From Candidatus Moanibacter sp. (GTDB lineage Bacteria > Verrucomicrobiota > Verrucomicrobiia > Opitutales > UBA2987): a DNA stretch of 64,000 bases. Below the pieces are notes generated by a model. It did no database searches. It was not told where the DNA came from and was given only the letters and a program-made list of their open reading frames with translations. The translations under genes were made by a program, and so were the position numbers. Location: the NCBI GenBank assembly GCA_965215885.1, contig CBDCEW010000101.1, positions 32,001-96,000 of the forward strand, read 5' to 3'. Of the stretch, positions 46,863 to 55,747 are shown piece after piece (the stretch's first letter is position 1; each line of letters starts with the position of its first letter).

Positions 46863-49616
46863 ATGGAGTTGGATTTACCTGTACCCGGGCAGCGCTGGGT
46901 GAGTGATTCCGAACCTGAACTCGGGCTCGGTATAATTGTATCGTCGGATTCAGGTCGGGTGGGGATTCTCTTCTCGGCGGCGCGGGAGCGTCGCCAATAT
47001 GCGTTGGAATCGGCTCCTCTACGCCGGGTGCACTTCAAAATTGGGGACAGGATCCGCACTCGCGGCGGTAAGGAGTTGCATGTCGAAGGCGTCGAGGAGA
47101 AGAATGGATTGCTGGCATACGAGGCGGATGGGTCAAAGGTGCCGGAAGCGGAACTGGCTGATTCCATCAGTTTCAGTAAGCCGGAGGAAAGATTCCTCGG
47201 TGGACAGATCGATGATCCGGAACTCTTCGATCTTCGGGTGGAGGCCTTGCAATGGCGAAGCCGGATACGAAAATCGCCCGTTCGAGGGTTTATCGGAGGG
47301 CGGGTGGACCTGATTCCGCATCAGCTATACATCAGCAGCGAAGTCGCCTCGCGACTGAATCCCCGTGTGCTTCTGGCGGATGAGGTAGGCCTTGGCAAGA
47401 CGATTGAAGCATGCCTGATCCTGCACCGGTTGTACCTGACCGGGCGAGCGGAACGAATCCTCATCCTTGTTCCGGAGTCGCTCATCCACCAATGGTTTGT
47501 GGAACTTTTGAGGCGCTTCAACCTGCTCTTTAATCTCTTCGACGAGGAACGCTGCGAGTCGATCCAGGGTGAGGATGCGCAGACAAACCCGTTTCTCGAT
47601 AGCCAATTGATTCTCTGCAGCATCGAATTCCTTGTAGCGGACCCGCGAAGATCGCGTGAAGTGACGAAAGCGGGTTGGGATCTGCTTGTGATCGATGAAG
47701 CGCATCACCTCATGTGGTCACCCGCGGAAGCGAGCGCGGAATATCTGCTGGCAGATGAATTGGCCTCCCGGACACCTTCCCTTCTTCTCTTGACGGCGAC
47801 ACCGCAACAGCTGGGAATGGAGGGTCATTTTGCTCGCCTGAGATTATTGGATCCTGATCGTTATTCGAACTTCGAAGCATTTATCGCCGAATCCAGGCAA
47901 TACATCGAAGTTGCTACGGCAGTGGATCGATTGATCGATGGCGCGCCGCTGGACAGCGCGGACCGGGATTTGTTCGCGGCGAGATCGCCGAGAATACATC
48001 GTGATTACGATGCCTTGATGGCTGGTGACGAATCGGCTCGAATACGGTTGATCGGGGAACTCCTCGACGCTTTTGGAACGGGACGTGTCATGTTTCGCAA
48101 CACGCGCACGGCCCTTACCGGGTTTCCGATTCGTCATGTGCACCTCTACCCGATCGAGCGCAGTGAATCGGCGGATTCCGATGCGAGTGTTGAAGCGTAT
48201 GGCAGGTGGCTTGCAAATCTCCTTAATGATCTGGGAGAAGAGAAGGTTCTTCTCATCTGCAAGACACCGGGTCTCGTGCGCGAGATCGAGGCGAGGCTGG
48301 AACGGGAGATCTCCGTTAACTGCGGTCAGTTTCATGAAGAAATGAACCTGATGCAGCGCGACCGCACGGCTGCCTGGTTCGCTGAGGAAGAGGGGGCACG
48401 CATCCTTCTCTGTTCGGAGATCGGCAGTGAGGGTCGGAATTTCCAGTTTGTGCACCATCTCGTATGCTTCGATCTGCCGGATGATCCGGAGCTGCTGGAG
48501 CAGCGAATCGGCCGTCTCGACCGCATCGGTCAGAACGAAGCCATTCACATTCACATTCCCTACGTTCCCGGTGGCGCCTCGGAAGTCATGGCTCGTTGGT
48601 ATCATGAGGGCCTGAATGCCTTCGAAGAGAACCTCCATGGGGCCACAGAGATCGCGTTGAATCTGAAAGCGGATTTGGATGGGTTGCGGCAAACGTTCGA
48701 TACCGTGGCGCTTGATCGGTTCGTGGCGCGGACCGCGAAACGGAAGAGCCATATAACGCGGAGACTCGAGCGGGGACACGATCGACTACTGGAATTGAAC
48801 TCTTCCAACCCGGAACGGGCGGAGGAAGTCATCAAGCGCATCCGTGCGAGTGACGCCGACAGCGAATTCGAAGATTTCATCCTGAATCTGATCGATCACT
48901 TCGGGCTTCGCCGGGAGGAGCATAGTGAGCGCACCTTTGTCCTTAAACACGGCGATCTCGTTACCGAAGATTTGCCCGGTTTGCCTGAGGAGGGTATGAC
49001 GCTGACTCTGGATCGAATAAGAGCTCTGAGCCGCGAGGATATTCATTTTCTGAGTGGAGACCATCCGCTCGTTCGCGGTGCACTCGACATCCTGCTCAGT
49101 TCAGAGTCGGGAAATACTGCCTATTGTATCTGGCCGCAGTCCGACGAAGAGGGTTTGGTTCTGGAGTTGCTCTCCGTGGCGGAATGTGTGGCACCGCCGG
49201 TTCTGCATGTTGACCGGTTCCTTCCTGCAACGGCCATTCGGACCGTAGTCGACCACGATCTCAATGATCTCAGCGATGACGCCGAGCTGCTATCCGCCCC
49301 GCTGCAAAGAGGAGATCCTGATCCCCTGATTTCGCGGAACTCATTCAGACGAAATGTTCTTCCCAGGATGCTCAGATCGGCGTTTGGCTTGGCTGAAAAA
49401 CGGATGCATGCTCTTGTAGCGGAGGCGAGGAGCTGCGGAGAGAATCACTACCAGAACGAAATCGATCGTCTTGTCGATCTCAAGGAGGTCAATGACCATG
49501 TGCGCCAAGAAGAGATTCAAGCGCTGATAGACGAGAAAGTCGCCCTGGCAGGCGTATTGGATTCCACCCATCTGCGCTCCGATGCCCTCCGGGTTATCTG
49601 GAAGATTGAGGCTTGA
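46863..49616 (+). CDS. rapA: RNA polymerase-associated SWI2/SNF2 ATPase RapA
   Basis: GQRWVSDSEPELGLG N-terminus, LLADEVGLGKT, DEAHH, LLTATP, CSEIGSEGRNFQ and LEQRIGRLDRIGQ. Confidence 0.93.
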   Translation: MELDLPVPGQRWVSDSEPELGLGIIVSSDSGRVGILFSAARERRQYALESAPLRRVHFKIGDRIRTRGGKELHVEGVEEKNGLLAYEADGSKVPEAELADSISFSKPEERFLGGQIDDPELFDLRVEALQWRSRIRKSPVRGFIGGRVDLIPHQLYISSEVASRLNPRVLLADEVGLGKTIEACLILHRLYLTGRAERILILVPESLIHQWFVELLRRFNLLFNLFDEERCESIQGEDAQTNPFLDSQLILCSIEFLVADPRRSREVTKAGWDLLVIDEAHHLMWSPAEASAEYLLADELASRTPSLLLLTATPQQLGMEGHFARLRLLDPDRYSNFEAFIAESRQYIEVATAVDRLIDGAPLDSADRDLFAARSPRIHRDYDALMAGDESARIRLIGELLDAFGTGRVMFRNTRTALTGFPIRHVHLYPIERSESADSDASVEAYGRWLANLLNDLGEEKVLLICKTPGLVREIEARLEREISVNCGQFHEEMNLMQRDRTAAWFAEEEGARILLCSEIGSEGRNFQFVHHLVCFDLPDDPELLEQRIGRLDRIGQNEAIHIHIPYVPGGASEVMARWYHEGLNAFEENLHGATEIALNLKADLDGLRQTFDTVALDRFVARTAKRKSHITRRLERGHDRLLELNSSNPERAEEVIKRIRASDADSEFEDFILNLIDHFGLRREEHSERTFVLKHGDLVTEDLPGLPEEGMTLTLDRIRALSREDIHFLSGDHPLVRGALDILLSSESGNTAYCIWPQSDEEGLVLELLSVAECVAPPVLHVDRFLPATAIRTVVDHDLNDLSDDAELLSAPLQRGDPDPLISRNSFRRNVLPRMLRSAFGLAEKRMHALVAEARSCGENHYQNEIDRLVDLKEVNDHVRQEEIQALIDEKVALAGVLDSTHLRSDALRVIWKIEA

Positions 49617-50296
49617 AACCGTATCGACATCTCGCGGAAACGTTAACACCGGATTGCGCCACGCTCGCACTCTACGAGCACGACGGGACCTACTGCATCC
49701 GTCTGAACGGGCGGGAGCTCATGGATTCGGCCGCCCCCGCTTCCGAACTCATGCTTGGGGAACTGGGCACGAGCCGGCTTCTGAGCCGGGCGGATCCTTG
49801 TATTCTGATAGGCGGACTCGGTCTTGGTTTTACTTTGAAAAGTGTGCTCGAGAGGGTGGGGCCGCAGGCGAATGTGCTCGTGGTCGAATTGGTCCCTGAA
49901 ATAGTCGAGTGGAATCGGCGGTACCTTTCCGGACTAAATGCAAAGTGTCTGGATGATTGTCGGGTCGAAATACTGACGGCGGATGTGTGCGACGTCATTG
50001 TGAAGAGCGGACGGGACCGTTTTGACGCGATTCTGCTTGATGTTGATAATGGCCCGGCCGACAAGGCGCAGAGAAGCAGTGCTCGTCTCTATTACGAGAG
50101 GGGTATCCGGTCGATGGCACGGGCGTTAAAACCGGGCGGGCGCGTCGCCGTTTGGTCCGCCCGCCAAGACGCTGGGTTCATGAAACGCCTTAACAGGGCG
50201 GGTTTCCGTGTCGAAAGTGTTCCGGCGAAGCCCTATGCACAGGCAAAGCGTCCATCTTATACGATCTACGTGGCCGATCAGGGTAGATCCTCCTGA
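49613..50296 (+). CDS. Spermidine synthase-like class I SAM-dependent methyltransferase
   Basis: ILIGGLGLGFTL, VVEL, FDAILLDVDNGP and LKPGG. Confidence 0.85.
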   Translation: MKPYRHLAETLTPDCATLALYEHDGTYCIRLNGRELMDSAAPASELMLGELGTSRLLSRADPCILIGGLGLGFTLKSVLERVGPQANVLVVELVPEIVEWNRRYLSGLNAKCLDDCRVEILTADVCDVIVKSGRDRFDAILLDVDNGPADKAQRSSARLYYERGIRSMARALKPGGRVAVWSARQDAGFMKRLNRAGFRVESVPAKPYAQAKRPSYTIYVADQGRSS

Positions 50297-50319
50297 TCTG
50301 TGAAGATCGATGCCCCTAG

Positions 50320-50493
50320 CCCGGACATTTCACAAACCATCTGCTGCGACCGCGGATCTCACTGCGTCTCAAAGCCTTCTCTTGTCCCGCGACCTCAGAA
50401 GGTTCTAACACGCTGTCGCCCGCCGGACTGCGATAGGGCATTGATTCACAGCAAGCTACGCGATCTCGCTACGATGTGTGTGAAATGTCCGGG
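50320..50493. mobile_element. Fold-back MITE copy 3 (174 bp), CTAG target duplication, 15-bp perfect TIR
   Basis: CTAG|CCCGGACATTTCACA...TGTGAAATGTCCGGG|CTAG. Confidence 0.85.
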
Positions 50494-50542
50494 CTAGCTC
50501 ATCGCTTGACTTGTCGAGTAGTTAGGAGAATCCTCTGCCACT

Positions 50543-51334
50543 ATGGCTGAAGATAGTGATATGGGAAAAGGAAACGATCAAGTTGAAGGGGGTGGTTGGG
50601 GCGCAGTGCCGCAGGCCAAGAAAGAGGGCCGGGGACCAAAGATCTGGCTGGCAGGTGACCCTGAGGACCTGAAGGAATGGATGCCTCTCGGTATTGAGGG
50701 TATCGTCACTAACACAGTCGTGCTCAACCAGATGGTGCAGAAGTATGGCCAATTGATTGGCGTTGTGCAGCGTTACCTGGACATCACCGACAGACCTCTG
50801 GTGGTCGAGATCGACGGGCATACCGTGCCGGAGTTGCTCGAAGTGGGTCGTTGCTTCACCCGAATGTCGGATCAGGTTATCCTGAAGGTCCCCTGCGGCG
50901 TGAACGGATTGAGAGCCTTCGCCGCATTGAAGGATGAAGGTGTCGAAACCTTCTGCACAACGGTGTTCTCATTACCCCAGGCGGCCGCCGTAGCTCAGGC
51001 CGGAGTCGATCACATTTTGCCGTTTTGCGAACCTGTGAAGGAATTTGGCGGTGATCCCACTAAACTCATTCGCGAGTGCGCAAAGATGTTCAGCGGTTGG
51101 GAACAGCGCCCTTTTATTATGGCGGCGTTGGTGCGGTCGGTGGAGGTCGCCTACGCCGCCTTCCGGGATGGCGCCGACGAATTGGTGACCATGTGGACGG
51201 TCTACCGGGATATGATGGAGCATCCGCTCACCGACATCTGGAACAAGACATTCATGGACGAATGGCTTGCGATGCACGATGCCGGCCTCCTCGATGGGGT
51301 TCCGACGCGGTTAGGGGAAAAGGAAGGGAAATAA
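50543..51334 (+). CDS. Divergent transaldolase/fructose-6-phosphate aldolase family protein
   Basis: GIVTN, VILKVP, TTVFSLPQA and ILPF motifs. The start codon is uncertain. Confidence 0.8.
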   Translation: MAEDSDMGKGNDQVEGGGWGAVPQAKKEGRGPKIWLAGDPEDLKEWMPLGIEGIVTNTVVLNQMVQKYGQLIGVVQRYLDITDRPLVVEIDGHTVPELLEVGRCFTRMSDQVILKVPCGVNGLRAFAALKDEGVETFCTTVFSLPQAAAVAQAGVDHILPFCEPVKEFGGDPTKLIRECAKMFSGWEQRPFIMAALVRSVEVAYAAFRDGADELVTMWTVYRDMMEHPLTDIWNKTFMDEWLAMHDAGLLDGVPTRLGEKEGK

Positions 51335-51544
51335 CGCCCTCCTTCGCCAAGGCTTGTTTTCTTAAGAAGAAATTTCCCACTCGGAAATATAACCCGTTGA
51401 TGTTCAAGAAATATGGTTCTGTTCCTCCGTAGAGAAAGGCTCGCTAAGAAAACCTCATTGGAACATCCCGCTAAGCGGGACCGTACGGCAGACTCTACGA
51501 GATTGAAATATGAATAAGGAACGCAGGAAAGCCGGAATTGCACG

Positions 51545-51670
51545 TTGAATCAACCCGCGGTTTTCTCAAATCCGTGGTCCCTTCCTCTTTATTCGCGTTC
51601 ATTCGCGGTTCTCTTACTCTCCTGTGGTTGCGGCTGTGCTGCGCTAGGGCGCTCTGTGGCTCTCAGTGGT
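51545..51670 (-). repeat. Composite repeat with a GCGCRGCnnAGCCGCAACCA head and 10-mer repeats
   Basis: Reverse complement aligns with 57680-57815. Confidence 0.75.
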
Positions 51671-51685
51671 GCTCTGAGACCCCTA

Positions 51686-52819
51686 CTAACCCTGCTTCTT
51701 GGCCCATCGGGCTTTCATTTTTTTCATTTCGGTGTTGAGCTCGATCTTCGGGCCCGGAGACTGATTTTTTCGGTTGTGGAGCCAGCGGCCCTGGTTATCG
51801 CGAAGCACAGGGAGGCGTTTGGAAACAGGCGGAGGCTTTGCCACTCGCGTGGGACGGTCGGCATACCAGTAGGCCACCGAAGCCATTTCGTTTGCCAGGT
51901 GATTGCCGTGGCCGTGTTCGATTGTGACCTTGATTTCCTTTTGAAACCGCACCGGATTTTCGATGTGGAAAACGTAGCTGGTCTGATAACCGTTGGTATC
52001 GGACTCGTGGATTGATGAGCCATTTCTGAGAAACGCGTTTGGCTGCATGCCCCATGCCTGGTTGAGATAGTCCTCGCTTCCGGTTCCATGGAGGTCGGGG
52101 GGCCACTTATAGCCGTCGACCCAGATCATGTCGTCTCCTTCTCCCCACCATTCTCCCTTAAAGTTCGTGACCGAAAGGTTACAACCCAGGTAGTGACCGC
52201 ATCCCTTGGTTTCGAGGATGACGTAGTTATTCCGCCAGGCGAGTCTTCCTCTGTTGGCAATGTTCGCCTCCGGCGCGTTGACCCGGATCTCATGACCCCA
52301 CCCCTGGGAGGGATTGGTCCGGCGAAACTCAGCGTGAAAGTAGCCTGAGTCGTCCGGAATCTCCTCCGTTGTCTCATAGTCAACGTAAAACCAGTTCCGC
52401 TGGATCTCCTTTCCCTCGTTCACAAGTTCCACCACCGCGCGCTCGCGAAAAGGCATCGGCGCATAACAGTTCAGGGCGCATCCCTTATTAAACTCGTTGT
52501 TGGTTTGGGTGGAGGCCGAGAAGAGGAGGGATTGGTAGCTGTTCACGATCCCGTGTCCCAGGCAAAAGAAGTCGCCCACCGGCACGAGGACGCTCGGATG
52601 CTTTGCATTGCCCCATGTAAACCGCAGAAGACATTCTCGCGATTGGCCTCGATTCGCCATCCAGATATGGGTGATGATGCCGGGTCCTTTAATGTCGGCG
52701 AGAATCCGCGACTCTCCCGGTTCAGTGTAAACGCAATCGGTGTTCCGGCCCGACCGATCCCAGGAAGAAGAGCGGCCTACCTTGCGATTCCGAATGATTG
52801 CCAGTTGATTCAGATTCAT
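51686..52819 (-). CDS. DUF2961 (GH172-like) glycoside hydrolase
   Basis: SSWDRSGRN, GPGIITHIW, PVGDFF, WWGEGDD, HGTGSEDY and IEHGHGN. Confidence 0.9.
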   Translation of the reverse strand: MNLNQLAIIRNRKVGRSSSWDRSGRNTDCVYTEPGESRILADIKGPGIITHIWMANRGQSRECLLRFTWGNAKHPSVLVPVGDFFCLGHGIVNSYQSLLFSASTQTNNEFNKGCALNCYAPMPFRERAVVELVNEGKEIQRNWFYVDYETTEEIPDDSGYFHAEFRRTNPSQGWGHEIRVNAPEANIANRGRLAWRNNYVILETKGCGHYLGCNLSVTNFKGEWWGEGDDMIWVDGYKWPPDLHGTGSEDYLNQAWGMQPNAFLRNGSSIHESDTNGYQTSYVFHIENPVRFQKEIKVTIEHGHGNHLANEMASVAYWYADRPTRVAKPPPVSKRLPVLRDNQGRWLHNRKNQSPGPKIELNTEMKKMKARWAKKQG

Positions 52820-53412
52820 GGTGAAATCAAATATTAGAGGGTTAATCTGGATTTGCTATTATGCGATAGTTAGAGCCTGTTCTGCTGCTCCAGATTTCGC
52901 TATTAAGTGGAAGAGTGGCAAGATAATCCGCAGAGTGCGCAGAGATCGCGGAGGGAGGCAGAGAATTGAGATACTCCGAGATCGAGAGAGAATAAGGAAA
53001 GCAGGAAAGCAGGAACCGATCGAATGATAGAACGAGGCGGGAGTCGACTTAGCCTCACTCTGCCGAACGGCAGAGACAAAAACGCGGTCTTTACAGTGTA
53101 CCTGTTCAGAAATCATCGGAGCAATCCCGCCCGGCGCATACGTGTAAACTCTACCCTTCCATAAGTCCCTTAAAGTCAATTTGTTGAAGCTTATTGCGAG
53201 CAAACGCAAAAAGCACTGCGATGCAGTGTTGTGCTGGAGCCTCGAGTTTCAACCCGAGGAAAAGGAGAAGCAACAGATCTGCGGTCTGGAGGACCGTCGT
53301 GAGCTTAGAGCCACAGGGCCCGAGCCTTGGTGGATCCGTGGACAAAATCCATTGTCAGATATCCGTTGGACCTTCGCTTGCAAATGGAGAAGATCCAGCT
53401 CATCGTCGATTG

Positions 53413-54285
53413 ATGGTTACGACAGCGGACATGCCGGTGGATTTGGATTGGCACCAACTTCCCGAAGAGGAAATCCAACATTTTGACGACAACGGTTACC
53501 TTGTCGTTCGTGATGTGCTCGACCGGCCGATGATTGATCGGGTGACGGCGGCGGCGGAACGTCATATTGCGAGCGACCGTCAGGAGAATCGGATCGCGAG
53601 CAAGGGGGGGCTTAACGACGGTTTTCGCAATTGCGTTGCCCTGGACGACGATTTTATTCCCCTTCTGACTCATCCGAAAGCGCTCTCAGTTATCGTTCAG
53701 CTCCTGGGCGCGCACGTGCAACTGATGACCTCTCACATCATCTATAAGTATCCGGATCCGCCCAGCGAGTCGGGTGCCGCGAAGACCCAGGGATGGCATC
53801 GCGACTACGGCGCAGCTACCAAGATTTATGGTAACCATGTTCCGCGGATCATGGTGAAATGCGCTTTCTATCTGAACGATCTAATGGAGCCGAATTCGGG
53901 CGCGACCCTCGTTGTGCCGGGAAGCAACCATAACACAAATCCGACTAAGGTAGCTGAGGGCGAATTCGGTCCGCCCGGTTACGTTGAACCGAAACTGCGG
54001 GCGGGCGATTGCCTGCTGTTCGAAAATCGCGTCGTCCACGCTTCGGGTCCAAACCTGACCCAACGAACACGGAAAGCGGTGATGTTCGGTTATGGTTTCC
54101 GATGGATCATGCCCATCGATTTTCGCCAGCAGGATACCGCCCTTCTGGAAAAGCTCGACCTGCCCGGACGCTATCTCGTCGGCGAGCGCTACCCGCCCAG
54201 CGTGGATTATACTCCCGGCGGTGGTGACAGCCCGCTCGCTCCGTGGTGTGAGCGGTACGGCGCTCCCGCGGTCAGGCCGGTCTAA
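53413..54285 (+). CDS. Phytanoyl-CoA dioxygenase family (Fe/2OG) protein
   Basis: FDDNGYLVV, GWHRD, VVPGSN, AGDCLLF...VHASGPN...R. The start was moved downstream of the ORF-track start. Confidence 0.88.
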   Translation: MVTTADMPVDLDWHQLPEEEIQHFDDNGYLVVRDVLDRPMIDRVTAAAERHIASDRQENRIASKGGLNDGFRNCVALDDDFIPLLTHPKALSVIVQLLGAHVQLMTSHIIYKYPDPPSESGAAKTQGWHRDYGAATKIYGNHVPRIMVKCAFYLNDLMEPNSGATLVVPGSNHNTNPTKVAEGEFGPPGYVEPKLRAGDCLLFENRVVHASGPNLTQRTRKAVMFGYGFRWIMPIDFRQQDTALLEKLDLPGRYLVGERYPPSVDYTPGGGDSPLAPWCERYGAPAVRPV

Positions 54286-54447
54286 ACCGATGCCCATTGG
54301 CGGCCGAACGGTGATCGATCTGAATTCTTGTACTCTGGTTGGACCAGTCCGTCAGGCTGAGGCCCGACTCGATGCCATAATCGATCCCTTTCACTGTATC
54401 CATTGCGCGAATGGCTCAGGGCAGGAAAGAGAATGGAAGAGTAACTA

Positions 54448-54528
54448 CCACGTTCTTGCGAACGCGGCTACTCTGCCGTACGGCAGAGTAAGTCGTTGAG
54501 ACTTGTAGCCGCGTTCGCAAGAACGTGG
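54448..54528. repeat. REP-IHF-like-REP cassette 2
   Basis: CCACGTTCTTGCGAACGCGGCTAC, then palindrome CTCTGCCGTACGGCAGAG, then TAAGTCGTTGA, then GTAGCCGCGTTCGCAAGAACGTGG. Confidence 0.85.
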
Positions 54529-54553
54529 TCGAAGACTCAAAACGACGACTTTA

Positions 54554-55624
54554 TCAGCAGAATCCCAGATACGCCCTGACGATATCGATGACCAGTGCGA
54601 TGTCGTATCGCGCCTCGTCGACGGAAGTACGGCATGGAACTCCCTCGGTAATGCAGGCGTGGAAGTGGCGCAATTCGCGCACGAAAGCGCTCTCCCATTC
54701 GATGGCGGGTTCCTTGCTGAAGCTCCGGCCATCTTCGTCGATGCCGTGAATCGTTAACCTTGAAGGTATACCCCGAGCAAACCCGCAAGGATATTCGAGA
54801 ATCGCTCTTCTGTCGTCTCCGTAAACTTCCAGTGTCTCTTCAAAGTCCCACAGTCTGGGCAGATCTATCCATGAGGCGGCGCAGCGCGCCCCATTCGCGT
54901 AGGCGAGGACCGTATTGATGGCGCGGCCCTGGTTCCAGATTTCCGTGCTGACGACGCATTCAGGCTGTCCTGCGATTAGACGAAGCCCGTAAATGTCGTG
55001 GATCATGCTGCCCGATATGGTGTGAAAAGCGCTCTGGACGTCCGGCGGCGCTTCACCAATTGCTTCCATTGTTGCAGATGCTTCCGCCTTCCGGGGCGAT
55101 TCTTCGTTGGGGAGGTCGTCGAATCGCTTGAGCCGGAAATTTCGCAGATGGAGTGCGTTGTCCGGGTGGAGGTGGTTGACCTGGATGAATCGGATGGAAT
55201 CCATGCTGTCTACCTCCTTTTGCGCGATCTCAAAGGCCGGGTCGTAGACCTTCATGTAGGCCACCATTCCAACCTTGTTGGAGGCTCGCGCGGCATCGAT
55301 GATAGCGTCCGCTTCCTGCAGGGAGTAACACATCGGTTTTTCGATGAGGACGTGCAGGCCGGCTTCGAAGGCACTGACCGCCACTTCCGTTTTTGGGTCG
55401 GAATGGCATAGGAGGATGGCGCCCAGGTTCATTTTGAGAAGTTCATGGTAGTCATCGGTATGAAATGGAACGTCGAAATCCGCTGCCATGGTGCGCGCCA
55501 GAGTCGGGGAGATATCACAGACCCCGGCAACTTCAAATTCGTCCGGCAACGCCTTCAAATTCGGCAGATGCTGGACCTGGGCGACAGCCCCGCAGCCAAC
55601 GACTCCAATGCGTATTCGGTTCAT
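54554..55624 (-). CDS. Gfo/Idh/MocA oxidoreductase
   Basis: IGVVGCGAVAQVQHLP, GLHVLIEKP and MIHD. Confidence 0.9.
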   Translation of the reverse strand: MNRIRIGVVGCGAVAQVQHLPNLKALPDEFEVAGVCDISPTLARTMAADFDVPFHTDDYHELLKMNLGAILLCHSDPKTEVAVSAFEAGLHVLIEKPMCYSLQEADAIIDAARASNKVGMVAYMKVYDPAFEIAQKEVDSMDSIRFIQVNHLHPDNALHLRNFRLKRFDDLPNEESPRKAEASATMEAIGEAPPDVQSAFHTISGSMIHDIYGLRLIAGQPECVVSTEIWNQGRAINTVLAYANGARCAASWIDLPRLWDFEETLEVYGDDRRAILEYPCGFARGIPSRLTIHGIDEDGRSFSKEPAIEWESAFVRELRHFHACITEGVPCRTSVDEARYDIALVIDIVRAYLGFC

Positions 55625-55747
55625 ATGCTCTTTCCTCTCATTGAATTGACCGCTCTTTCGAATTCAGAACATGATTAAAGTTTCAACCCGTGTCTTCTAT
55701 GCAGTTTTTGTAGATACCCAATGTAGGTAAGTCAGTAACAGATAGCT

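Noticed and set aside
47844..48779. 311-aa minus-strand ORF
   Set aside because: Antisense to rapA.
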